The position numbers and the translations under genes are program-made. Of a stretch of DNA of 38,007 nt, positions 19,386 through 27,698 are shown piece by piece. Below the pieces are notes generated by a model, which searched no databases, was not told the origin of the DNA, and saw only the letters and a list, made by a program, of their open reading frames with translations. The DNA comes from Deltaproteobacteria bacterium. Its GTDB lineage: Bacteria > Desulfobacterota > Desulfobacteria > Desulfobacterales > ETH-SRB1. The stretch spans positions 1 to 38,007 of the forward strand of contig JAIVWD010000004.1 in assembly GCA_049190315.1 (NCBI GenBank). Direction: 5' to 3'. Position 1 is the stretch's first letter; each line of letters begins with the position of its first letter.

Positions 19386-21248
19386 TTATTCCGTATCAAA
19401 GAGAATGAAATCTTTTACAGCGTGCCAGTCATCATCCATCAACATAAAGTAACCAAAGTTTTCATATTTGTACAGGGTGTGGTCTGTTCCCGGGTCATAT
19501 GGGATTTTCGGCCTGGTGGAATAGACCAACTGGCCAAGATACAATCCATCGGCTATTCTTACTACTTCGTCGAAACAGAGGTGATCAGGGGGCATAGTAT
19601 GAAATTCAGGCCAGCGATAATTGAACTGGAGGAGCTCCTTTTCCCTGTTTTCCGGGTTAAATGACTTACCGTTTGCGGCGATAAAGTAAAAACTCTTTAC
19701 GTGAATTTCCTTCCTCTTCTCCTCTTCATCCGGATACTCCACGACCATTCCTATCTTATCCAAATGCTCGATAAAAGCGGTAGCGGGAAGAGAGAGGTCA
19801 ATGTCCTTTCTATACGTATTTGCGCCGAGTATGATGGGCTCCACCCCTTCATAGTACCGTGCATTATCTCCGATGTACCTCTTTATATCATCCACCGTGG
19901 TGCTGCTGAAGGTCTTGCCTGACCAGGGAGAAAATGGCCTGATCGCCGGATATAGATCGTTCAGGACACTCCGGTCAAATTTCGTCAAAAAGCCGGCATT
20001 TTTGAAAGACACAACGCCTCCGTGCAAAAAGCCGTTAATGCCGTCGGGCCGTTCACCACACATGAAGATCTTGTGCAGCTCATCAAAATATTCGTCTTTG
20101 AAGGAATCTCCTTTTTGGATGCCCTCATAAATATCCTGGAGATAGTGCAGAATGGTTGGCCGGTCTCCCAGTGCTTCTTGAATGGCTTTGCCCTCCGGGC
20201 ATTCTATGAAGGTAAACGTGGTAAATTTTTCATGCAGATCATCAGCTATCGTATATGTTAAATCAGGAAAGAGTTTGTTCTTTTCATGAAGCCACGTGTC
20301 GTCCATGAGGGCAAAATACCCGAAATTTCTGTACTTATAATCTTTCGCTTGCACTTTTGGACTGTATTTTTCAAAAAGGTGTTTTGGGGCAGTGGCGTAG
20401 TAAAGCTTGCCCAGGTAAAGGCCTTTTGATATTTCTACTATCTCGTCTATAAGAAGCCTGTTGGGAAGGCGGTTCGACAGGCTCTCCCATCGATAGTTCA
20501 GAGCAATGACTTCCTTTTCCGGATGTTCAGGGTTTACTGAAAGAGCTTTCTGAGCAATAAAAAGTCCGCCCTTTGCGTGTATCCATGACCGTTGTCTTCT
20601 TTCGGGCTTTGGAAGACTCTCCATGTCTATGACAGCGGAAAGGAGATAGTTCGAAAGCTTATTTACAATGTTTTTGTTCTCCTTCCTGAAGGAATTTATT
20701 CCAAGATAGGCCGTTTCTTTGCTGTCTTTAAAGCCTTCTGTCAATTCGTCTAATCGCTTCTGATCAATTTTTTTGAAGTTTTTGCCTGCCCAGGGAGATG
20801 TCTTGGAAAACACTCTTCCATAAAGGGCCTGAAGGATGTCAAGCTCTTCTCCGATCCCAAGTTTTCGACGGGCATCTTCAACCACTGTGTAAATATCGAG
20901 CCCTGTTTTGAGACTGATGGTAATACCATGGTGATAGCCGTCCATATCCCCGGGGGTCCTGCCGCAAAGAAAGAGCGTATCCAGTTTTTTTCCTATTTCT
21001 CCATGAGATTTACCCTTGTTCAAAATCTCTGCGTAGTAATGAATAAGTTCTAAAGGGGTTTTTTTGCCCTTCATATCTTCTCTTAATATCTCCTGAAGGA
21101 GCGGGTCTTGCATATTACATGATTCGACAAATGTGAAAGGTCGCGACAGCTCCACAACAGGAGACTCTCCAGCCATCTTATCCGTCTTTTGACCGCAGGC
21201 CGGAAGAAACAACAATGATAACATAATGCATATTGCTTTTATTTTCAT
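19386..21248 (-). CDS. Lipoprotein of unknown function with an internal duplication of about 290 aa
   Basis: Signal peptide plus lipobox: MKIKAICIMLSLLFLPAC. The two halves share CGR(T/E)P.D..G..HG, SPW(A/S)GK.F, NYRW, GLYLG.L.Y and NFGYF.LMDD.W. Confidence 0.8.
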   Translation of the reverse strand: MKIKAICIMLSLLFLPACGQKTDKMAGESPVVELSRPFTFVESCNMQDPLLQEILREDMKGKKTPLELIHYYAEILNKGKSHGEIGKKLDTLFLCGRTPGDMDGYHHGITISLKTGLDIYTVVEDARRKLGIGEELDILQALYGRVFSKTSPWAGKNFKKIDQKRLDELTEGFKDSKETAYLGINSFRKENKNIVNKLSNYLLSAVIDMESLPKPERRQRSWIHAKGGLFIAQKALSVNPEHPEKEVIALNYRWESLSNRLPNRLLIDEIVEISKGLYLGKLYYATAPKHLFEKYSPKVQAKDYKYRNFGYFALMDDTWLHEKNKLFPDLTYTIADDLHEKFTTFTFIECPEGKAIQEALGDRPTILHYLQDIYEGIQKGDSFKDEYFDELHKIFMCGERPDGINGFLHGGVVSFKNAGFLTKFDRSVLNDLYPAIRPFSPWSGKTFSSTTVDDIKRYIGDNARYYEGVEPIILGANTYRKDIDLSLPATAFIEHLDKIGMVVEYPDEEEKRKEIHVKSFYFIAANGKSFNPENREKELLQFNYRWPEFHTMPPDHLCFDEVVRIADGLYLGQLVYSTRPKIPYDPGTDHTLYKYENFGYFMLMDDDWHAVKDFILFDTE

Positions 21249-21270
21249 AACATTACCTCCTGTTTCTTTA

Positions 21271-21431
21271 ACTAAATTGAGCGAATTTTTACTCGACCTG
21301 CACCAATCTCTTGCGCATCAAGGACTTGCGAAAAGTCTCGACATTATCCATTGGTATGCCTACGCTTTTCGCAAACCTTGCTGCATCAAGATCTCGGCAC
21401 ATTTCTTCGCAAAAAATCGCTCAACTTAGGT
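21271..21431 (+). mobile_element. MITE family 1, copy C
   Basis: It is nearly identical to copy A and lies 22 nt upstream of the lipoprotein start codon. Confidence 0.8.
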
Positions 21432-21535
21432 ATAAAAGAGCACTGGAAAATGATCTGCCAATTGGTTCAGGTGAAGTTGAAAGCGCACATCGTTATGTAA
21501 TTCAAGCCAGATTAAAGATAGCAGGTGCATGGTGA
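21431..21535 (+). pseudogene. C-terminal remnant of an IS transposase (ISKra4-like C-terminus)
   Basis: The translation YKRALENDLPIGSGEVESAHRYVIQARLKIAGAW* matches the conserved PIGSG.vES..k.v...RLK..G..W transposase tail as I recall it. Everything upstream is replaced by the MITE. Confidence 0.6.
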
Positions 21536-21617
21536 AAAGAAGATAATGCTCAGAATTTGCTCTCATTGAGGACACTTCGAGAAAATATGACAAAAAAGCG
21601 GCTTGAAAAACTAACAC

Positions 21618-21633
21618 TTTTAATTGCACCCTT
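21618..21633. repeat. 16-bp terminal-inverted-repeat candidate (left copy)
   Basis: ttttaattgcaccctt is the exact reverse complement of 22513-22528. It lies 83 nt after the stop of the transposase remnant. Confidence 0.6.
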
Positions 21634-21647
21634 CCCAAACTGTGTGT

Positions 21648-21712
21648 GCTCCTTTCGTATTTTGGTCACAGAAACAGCACTGTTTCCTTTATTCGAAAGG
21701 AGCATTTTTTTA
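21648..21712 (+). terminator. Stem-loop followed by a T-run
   Basis: gctcctttcg (21648-21657) pairs with cgaaaggagc (21694-21703). An inner hairpin gaaacag-ca-ctgtttc lies between them, and atttttttt follows. Confidence 0.4.
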
Positions 21713-21781
21713 AATATTACATGAGTATGGCTTTTTCTATTCTCTCCGGCATAGCCTGAGGCTTAGCACAGAAGTGAGTTA

Positions 21782-22315
21782 TTATATTTCTTGTTTTACA
21801 AGACCCACTCCATCTGCAGGAAACGTTCCCAGGACCTCTCGCACAACATACATTACAAGAAAAGCATTGGGGGAAACCCAACGGCATGCTCCTTGTCCGT
21901 TTTCATCCACAAATATACCTACTAATCGGACTGAGCCTTCAAACATGCCTGCCTTTTCACGAATAGCCACTTCCAGTGCATCTAGAGTAATTTGTGGTAG
22001 ACCCAAGGGAAATAAATTGAGTTCTTTATGATATACCCACACTTCCTGATATGCTTCAGCAACGGGCACCAAGCCTTTCTTTTGGAAGCTTCGGAATTCC
22101 TTAGCTATCATAGTGTCAGTAAAATCATTCTCTGCAAAGAGACTATCCAAATCAACGCTATCGTCGTGACTAAAACTTTCCTTCTGAAAAAGTTCAAACA
22201 ATATCTGCTTATGGTTCATATTACATAATTCTTCATAAAGATCACCAGCCTGTGCAGGTATAGTGATTGCTGTCATAATACAAACAACCACCGCCAAAAT
22301 CATTTTTTTCTTCAT
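21782..22315 (-). CDS. Secreted hypothetical protein
   Basis: 177 aa with the signal peptide MKKKMILAVVVCIMTAITIPAQA. An AGGAG-like sequence (aaaggagaaa) lies upstream. I recognise no family. Confidence 0.6.
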   Translation of the reverse strand: MKKKMILAVVVCIMTAITIPAQAGDLYEELCNMNHKQILFELFQKESFSHDDSVDLDSLFAENDFTDTMIAKEFRSFQKKGLVPVAEAYQEVWVYHKELNLFPLGLPQITLDALEVAIREKAGMFEGSVRLVGIFVDENGQGACRWVSPNAFLVMYVVREVLGTFPADGVGLVKQEI

Positions 22316-22512
22316 TTTTTTCTCCTTTTGCTGTAAAATTTATCAAAAAATTATATAAAAGATTTCCCCATCTCCCCCTGATTACGTCTTGGACATTTCT
22401 ATAAACACAACCCTTAATCCAGGAAACAGAATGGGGAAAACAAAAGAACTATTTTTTTCCGTATCATGTAAAATAGATCTTGCCAAGCGTAAAATCTGCG
22501 TAAAAATATGAA

Positions 22513-22528
22513 AAGGGTGCAATTAAAA
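22513..22528. repeat. 16-bp terminal-inverted-repeat candidate (right copy)
   Basis: aagggtgcaattaaaa is the exact reverse complement of 21618-21633. Confidence 0.6.
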
Positions 22529-22676
22529 TTGTCAGATTGCGCCAAAGCCTAATACTATATATAACATGTTGATATTTAAGGCATAGTCTTCTATTGCATT
22601 CTATTATATAGAATTCTGGGAGTCTTTTCCCTAAAAGTCTTCAGCCTTCAGCCTAACCAACCTGATTAGTTACCTA

Positions 22677-22928
22677 TTATTTTATCTTTGTTTCCGCAAA
22701 TTTTTGTAAAGCTTTTGGTGCAAAAGCAGCAAGCAAAAATCCAAATGTAATATAAATCCCATTGCTTGCATTACCATCTTTAAGAAGAATTGTTAAAAAC
22801 CCAAAAATTATTGCCGCTATCAAAGCAATAAAACTCATTAATCGCATAGATGAAATATTTCCATTATCTTCTTCAAAAAGTCCAGCTCTTTTTCCTTCGG
22901 TTTCATTTTTTTGAGAATGGTCGGTCAT
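22677..22928 (-). CDS. Small two-TM membrane protein (holin-like topology), function unknown
   Basis: 83 aa with a polar N-terminus, two hydrophobic segments (LMSFIALIAAIIFGFLTILL and IYITFGFLLAAFA) and a basic C-terminus. Confidence 0.5.
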   Translation of the reverse strand: MTDHSQKNETEGKRAGLFEEDNGNISSMRLMSFIALIAAIIFGFLTILLKDGNASNGIYITFGFLLAAFAPKALQKFAETKIK

Positions 22929-22945
22929 GTTTGTATCCCCCTCTT

Positions 22946-23190
22946 GTAACCGTTCACGGTTGTCGGTTCACTGTTCACAGTTTTTTCAATGAACTATGCA
23001 ACGATTGAAGCATTTTGGATATTGATTTCAACTCTTGAATTAATTCTTTCGCATCTAAATCAGAACATATATTAACCTCTCGTGAAATATAAATCTGTGT
23101 TCCCAGCTCCGCAGCCGATCCTTGTGCAATATTTATAAACCTTCTGTTTTTTCAACCGTGAACCGATAACTGTAAACCGTGAACGGTTAC
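22946..23190. repeat. Heptamer-armed palindromic element filling an entire intergenic region
   Basis: The arm gtaaccgttcacggttgtcggttcactgttcacag is inverted relative to caaccgtgaaccgataactgtaaaccgtgaacggttac. The inner start ttttttcaatgaac is shared with the element at 29383-29652. Confidence 0.65.
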
Positions 23191-23191
23191 C

Positions 23192-23566
23192 TTATTTTTT
23201 GATGAATTTGAAAATATATACTCCGCAAATGCTGCCTGCCACATCTGCAAAAAAATCCATTATATCGGCATCTCTGTACGGCACAAAATACTGGTGGACT
23301 TCATCACTCATACCGTAAAGAGATGATGATAATATGCTGAGCATTATCACCATGTTTATATTTTCTTTGAATCGTTGTGTCCTGAATGCCCTGAAAAAGA
23401 GAATTCCAAGGATGGCATAGGCAATAAAATGAAGGAGTTTATCCAAATGAGGCAGAACAGGGATACTCTCATGGGAAGGACAAGAAGACTGAATAAAGAT
23501 CAAAAGACAGTAAAGCACTACAGGAAGCCAGTAATATATAAATTTTTTGCGGCCTGATAACTTCAT
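23192..23566 (-). CDS. VanZ-family membrane protein
   Basis: Motifs LDKLLHFIAYAILG and SDEVHQYFVPYRDADIMDFFADVAGSICG. The start is set at Met42 (MKLSGRKK) because the upstream 41 codons are a translation of the MITE. Confidence 0.8.
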   Translation of the reverse strand: MKLSGRKKFIYYWLPVVLYCLLIFIQSSCPSHESIPVLPHLDKLLHFIAYAILGILFFRAFRTQRFKENINMVIMLSILSSSLYGMSDEVHQYFVPYRDADIMDFFADVAGSICGVYIFKFIKK

Positions 23567-23569
23567 ATT

Positions 23570-23730
23570 ACCTAAGTTGAGCGATTTTTTGCGAAGAAAT
23601 GTGCCAAGATCTTGATGCAGCAAGGTTTGCGAAAAGCGTAGACATACCAATGGATATGTTGAGACTTTTCGCAAGTCCTTGATGCGCAAGAGATTGGTGC
23701 AGGTCGAGTAAAAAATCGCTCAATTTAGGT
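23570..23730 (-). mobile_element. MITE family 1, copy D (inverted orientation)
   Basis: It is full length. It lies exactly between the stop of the 69-aa ORF (23732) and the start of vanZ (23566). Confidence 0.8.
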
Positions 23731-23731
23731 A

Positions 23732-23941
23732 TTACCACCCGGTAGTCGGTCGTCTCTTTCCGAATAATACTTCACATGGCGAATTTTTTGTAACATGTTT
23801 TTTAAGCTTGCTGCACCATAAAGACTGAAAAGTCCGGCAACTGCCGTCCATTGCCTCCAGCTTCGCAAAGTCGGCGTGCTTACACTTCAGATCACACCAT
23901 TTTATTCTGTGGGTTGTAATGCCGGCGTTATCTGTTGTCAT
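23732..23941 (-). CDS. Small Cys-rich hypothetical protein
   Basis: 69 aa with 5 Cys (WCDLKCKH, GSCRT, WCSK, SPCE). Coding status rests only on ORF length and position between repeats. Confidence 0.45.
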   Translation of the reverse strand: MTTDNAGITTHRIKWCDLKCKHADFAKLEAMDGSCRTFQSLWCSKLKKHVTKNSPCEVLFGKRRPTTGW

Positions 23942-23968
23942 ATTTTATCACATAGTGCTAACTTGATA

Positions 23969-24232
23969 GTATGGGAATTTCCATTTTTTGCTTAATAGGT
24001 TCGGCATTATAAGATAGATGAGTAAAAAGTGCCTAAAGTATATTAAAGTGCCTAAAATGCCTAAAGTTGTGGTACGCCTTCGGCGTGCTATAGATTTTCA
24101 GGGTTTGGTTATAAGTTCAGATAGAAACGAAGTGAGCAAAGTTTTATGGTAAAAAAATTAAAATTGGCAGTGCCGAAGGCGCATTCCTTAACTTTAGGCA
24201 CTTTAATATACTTTAGCTCACTTTAGGCACTT
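23969..24232. mobile_element. MITE family 2, copy 3, with left extension
   Basis: The TIRs and core are nearly identical to copy 1. The extension gtatgggaatttccattttttgcttaatag... is shared with copy 2. Confidence 0.8.
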
Positions 24233-24260
24233 ATGTCCGCACCGAAGGTGCGCTAATTTA

Positions 24261-26171
24261 TTACAAAATATCTAATTCCAGCTCCCTGCCCCTTATATTC
24301 GCGAGAACTTTATTTAAAAAATCTTCATGCGTAACTCCAAATCTGACTTTGCCGTCCAGAGTTCTTACTGAAAGAGTGCCGGCTTCTTTTTCTTTCCCTC
24401 CAATTGTAAGGATAAGAGGAATTTTGTTCAACTGGGCATCACGGATTTTTTTGTTAAGGCTTTCAGTTCTGCTGTCAACCTCTGTCCGCAATCCCTGCTC
24501 TTCAAATTCTGTTTTTACGGAATTTGCGTAAGGAACAAGCTCATCATTAATTGCCAGAATAACAACCTGTACCGGAGACAACCATAAAGGAAACTTTCCT
24601 GCAAAGTGTTCAACAAGTATACCGAAAAACCTTTCAATAGAGCCGTAAATTACCCTGTGAATCATAATGGGACGGTGTTTTTCATTATCCTTTCCTATAT
24701 AAGAAAGATCAAATCTTTCAGGCAGAGACATATCAAGCTGCACAGTCCCGCATTGCCATGTGCGGCTGAGCGCATCTTTTATGTGCATATCTATCTTCGG
24801 GCCGTAAAATGCACCATCTCCCTCGTTTATTTTATAGTCCATGCCGTAGGAATCAAGCGCTGCTTTTAAACCATCTGTAGTTAATTCCCACTGCTTATCC
24901 GTTCCTATTGACTTTTCAGGTCTTGTGGAAAGCTCAAGATGAAAACCAAGACCAAAGGTTGAATAAATCCTTTCAACCAGCCTCAGAACTTCAACGATTT
25001 CATCTTCTATCTGTTCTTCGGTCATAAAAATGTGAGCATCATCCTGATGGAAAGCTCTGACCCTGAAAAGGCCGTTCAGCACTCCGCTCAGTTCGTGACG
25101 GTGTACAAGCCCGATCTCAGCGGCACGAACAGGCAAGTCCTTGTATGAATGGGGTCTCATGCCATACAGAAGCATTCCGCCGGGACAGTTCATCGGCTTT
25201 ATTGCGTACTCCACATCATCAATAACAGAGGTGTACATATTCTCCCGATAATTATCCCAGTGCCCGCTCTTTTCCCATAAAGAACGATTAAGCATAATCG
25301 GTGTCTTTGTTTCAACATAGCCTGCTTTTCTGTGTTCCCATCTCCAGTAATCTAAGAGTGCATTCCAGACATTCATTCCCTTTGGGTGGAAAAAAGGCAT
25401 GCCCGGCGCTTCTTCGTGAAAGCTGAAAAGATCGAGAGCCGCACCAATTTTTCTGTGGTTCCTTTTTCTGGCCTCTTCAAGGAAATTCAGATAGGCTTTA
25501 AGCTGTTTCTTGTCAAAAAACGCCGTACCATAAATTCTCTGCAACTGGGCTTTTGTCTGATCAGCACGCCAGTAAGCACCCGAAACTTTCATTAATTTTA
25601 TTGCTTTTATAAATCCGGTATGGGGAAGATGCGGGCCGCGGCATAAATCCGTAAAATCTCCCTGCTCGTAGAAAGATATTGTTCCATCTTCAAGCTCTGA
25701 AATCATTTCGAGTTTGTATGGCTCGTTTTCGTAAAATTGAAGTGCTTCGGATTTTGAAACCATCTTGCGTTTAAAAGGAATTTTTGCCTTTATTATTCGT
25801 TTTATTTCTTCCTCAATTTTAGGAAAATCGTCTTTTGAAATCGGCTCCATATCAATGTCATAGTAAAATCCATCTTCAACAACAGGCCCGATAGTCAGCT
25901 TGGCATCCTTATAAAGATGCGAGATTGCCTGCGCCATGACATGTGCTGCACTGTGGCGAAGTATTACCAGAGCTTCCTTGTCTTTGTTTGTGATAAGGCG
26001 CAGCCGGCAATCATTAATAATTCTTTCACTCAAATCAAGCAGCCTGCCATCAACTTCAACAGCAATTGAATTTCTCGCCAAACCCTCTGAAATACTCCTG
26101 GCTACATCCAGGCCGGTTGGCGCATTCTCAAAACTCTTTATACTTCCATCGGGAAGAGCTATGTTTATCAT
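24261..26171 (-). CDS. thrS: Threonyl-tRNA synthetase
   Basis: 636 aa. It has a TGS N-terminus, the editing-domain motif HSAAHVMAQA, the class II core (RVRAFHQDDAHIF, GTVQLD) and an anticodon-binding C-terminus. Confidence 0.97.
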   Translation of the reverse strand: MINIALPDGSIKSFENAPTGLDVARSISEGLARNSIAVEVDGRLLDLSERIINDCRLRLITNKDKEALVILRHSAAHVMAQAISHLYKDAKLTIGPVVEDGFYYDIDMEPISKDDFPKIEEEIKRIIKAKIPFKRKMVSKSEALQFYENEPYKLEMISELEDGTISFYEQGDFTDLCRGPHLPHTGFIKAIKLMKVSGAYWRADQTKAQLQRIYGTAFFDKKQLKAYLNFLEEARKRNHRKIGAALDLFSFHEEAPGMPFFHPKGMNVWNALLDYWRWEHRKAGYVETKTPIMLNRSLWEKSGHWDNYRENMYTSVIDDVEYAIKPMNCPGGMLLYGMRPHSYKDLPVRAAEIGLVHRHELSGVLNGLFRVRAFHQDDAHIFMTEEQIEDEIVEVLRLVERIYSTFGLGFHLELSTRPEKSIGTDKQWELTTDGLKAALDSYGMDYKINEGDGAFYGPKIDMHIKDALSRTWQCGTVQLDMSLPERFDLSYIGKDNEKHRPIMIHRVIYGSIERFFGILVEHFAGKFPLWLSPVQVVILAINDELVPYANSVKTEFEEQGLRTEVDSRTESLNKKIRDAQLNKIPLILTIGGKEKEAGTLSVRTLDGKVRFGVTHEDFLNKVLANIRGRELELDIL

Positions 26172-26285
26172 TATATTCTCACCAGGGAATAAAATTATAA
26201 GTTGTTTTTATATCTTCTTTTGATTATACCTACCACAGAAAATTTAGGCGAAATGGTCTTGCCGGTCAAGAAAAAAACTTTATTT

Positions 26286-27419
26286 ATGAAAACTAAATAT
26301 ACACTAATAAGCACTAAAACAGATCTTGAAAAAATTACAAGGGATTTAAAAAAGGAAAAGTCCATTGCCTTCGACGTAGAAGCGGACTCAATGTATCATT
26401 TTAAAGAAAAGGTCTGCCTGATCCAGCTTGCTACGAAAAAAAAACATGCTGTAATTGATCCTTTACAGATCCAAGACCTCTCTTCGCTTAAAAGCCTTTT
26501 CTCAAACAACGATATTAAAAAAATTTTTCACGGTGCCGACTTCGATGTACGCAGTCTTTACAGGGATTTCAATATAAAAATAAAAAATCTTTTTGATACC
26601 CAGCTTGCCTGTATGTTTTTAGGAATCAGGGAAACGAGTCTGGATGCGGTACTTAAAAAAAGATTCAACATCAGTCTTAATAAAAAATACAGGAAAAAAG
26701 ACTGGTCCAAAAGACCTCTGCCGGAAGAGATGATAGAATATGCTGTAAAAGACACGACATATCTTATTAAACTTGCAGATATTCTGGATAAAGAACTCAA
26801 AAAAAATGGCCGTACTTCATGGGTTCACGAAGAATGTGAAATTTTAAGCAAAGTAAGACCCGCCTTACTCAATAGCGAACCATTATTTATGAAATTCAAA
26901 GGAGCCGGCAAGCTAAACCCTGAATCTCTTGCTGTCCTTGAAGCACTTCTTCAGTTTCGGTTAAGCGTGGCTGAAAAAAAAGACAAGCCTTTGTTCAAGA
27001 TAATTGGTAATAATTCCCTGATGAAAATTGTTAAGGGAAAGCCTGCTGACTTGAGGCGATTAGAAAAAACAAAAGCATTAAGCCAAAAACAGATTGAAAT
27101 GTATGGCGATGCCATAGTCAGGGCTGTAAACAATTCCCTGATGCTGCCTGCAGCAGACCAGCCTGTTTATCCGCGCAGGAAAGCTCCGGTTTTACCGCCT
27201 GAAGTTCCATTAAGGGCAAAGGCTGTTAAACGCTGGAGAGATTCGAAAGCTAAAGAATTAGGATTAGATCCAGCTATAATCTGCAATAAATCAATTATAA
27301 ACTCAATTGCAATTCAAAACCCAACGCATTTAATAGATCTTTCAAAGATTAAAGAAATGAAAAAATGGCAGAAAAAAGAATTTGGCAGAGATATAGTGGC
27401 TGTATTGAAAGATTGGTAA
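26286..27419 (+). CDS. rnd: Ribonuclease D (DEDD 3'-5' exonuclease + HRDC)
   Basis: Motifs IAFDVEADSMYHF, KIFHGADFDV and YAVKDTTYL, with an HRDC-like C-terminal half. The start is uncertain: the ATG at 26286 is preferred, with 26253 and 26202 as alternatives. Confidence 0.85.
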   Translation: MKTKYTLISTKTDLEKITRDLKKEKSIAFDVEADSMYHFKEKVCLIQLATKKKHAVIDPLQIQDLSSLKSLFSNNDIKKIFHGADFDVRSLYRDFNIKIKNLFDTQLACMFLGIRETSLDAVLKKRFNISLNKKYRKKDWSKRPLPEEMIEYAVKDTTYLIKLADILDKELKKNGRTSWVHEECEILSKVRPALLNSEPLFMKFKGAGKLNPESLAVLEALLQFRLSVAEKKDKPLFKIIGNNSLMKIVKGKPADLRRLEKTKALSQKQIEMYGDAIVRAVNNSLMLPAADQPVYPRRKAPVLPPEVPLRAKAVKRWRDSKAKELGLDPAIICNKSIINSIAIQNPTHLIDLSKIKEMKKWQKKEFGRDIVAVLKDW

Positions 27420-27456
27420 CGGTTCACGGCTAACGGTTACAAAAAGGATAATTGAA

Positions 27457-27669
27457 ATGAAATTCGCAAAGATAACAATTATTATTTCTCTGGTTTTAGC
27501 ATTTTTATTCTTGTGTAATGCAAACCGCGATGTCCAGTGCGCTGAGAATGAAAATCAATGTTTTAAATGCCATACCAGCGCTAAAAATCTTATAAAAATT
27601 ACACGGGAAATAGCTGAAACCAGCCCGTCCAAACCTGCAATTTCTTCTGAAACCTCAGGTGAAGGTTGA
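27457..27669 (+). CDS. Signal peptide + monohaem cytochrome c segment, ending at an in-frame TGA
   Basis: It carries the signal peptide MKFAKITIIISLVLAFLFLCNA and one CFKCH haem motif. It is in the same frame as 27679-28797. Confidence 0.6.
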   Translation: MKFAKITIIISLVLAFLFLCNANRDVQCAENENQCFKCHTSAKNLIKITREIAETSPSKPAISSETSGEG

Positions 27670-27677
27670 GGAGGCTT

Positions 27678-27698
27678 TGTGGAGCCGTTGGCTCCGCA
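27678..27698 (+). promoter_or_regulatory. SECIS-like hairpin downstream of the TGA at 27667-27669
   Basis: UGUGGAGCC-GUU-GGCUCCGCA forms a 9-bp stem with one G:U pair. The apical loop starts with G and begins 18 nt after the UGA (17 nt between the UGA and the loop). Confidence 0.4.

Noticed and set aside
21311-21430. N-terminal 40 codons (MRIKDLRKVST...) of ORF 21311-21535, and the identical start of ORF 23192-23689
   Set aside because: Both begin at a TTG inside MITE family 1. The shared peptide is simply the MITE read outward and is not part of either protein.
11957-24232. Possible CRISPR array suggested by the recurring gtgcctaaagt units
   Set aside because: The units are 14 nt long and arranged as inverted termini of discrete 200-bp elements. 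There are no regular spacers, and the elements are dispersed between housekeeping genes. No cas genes are present.
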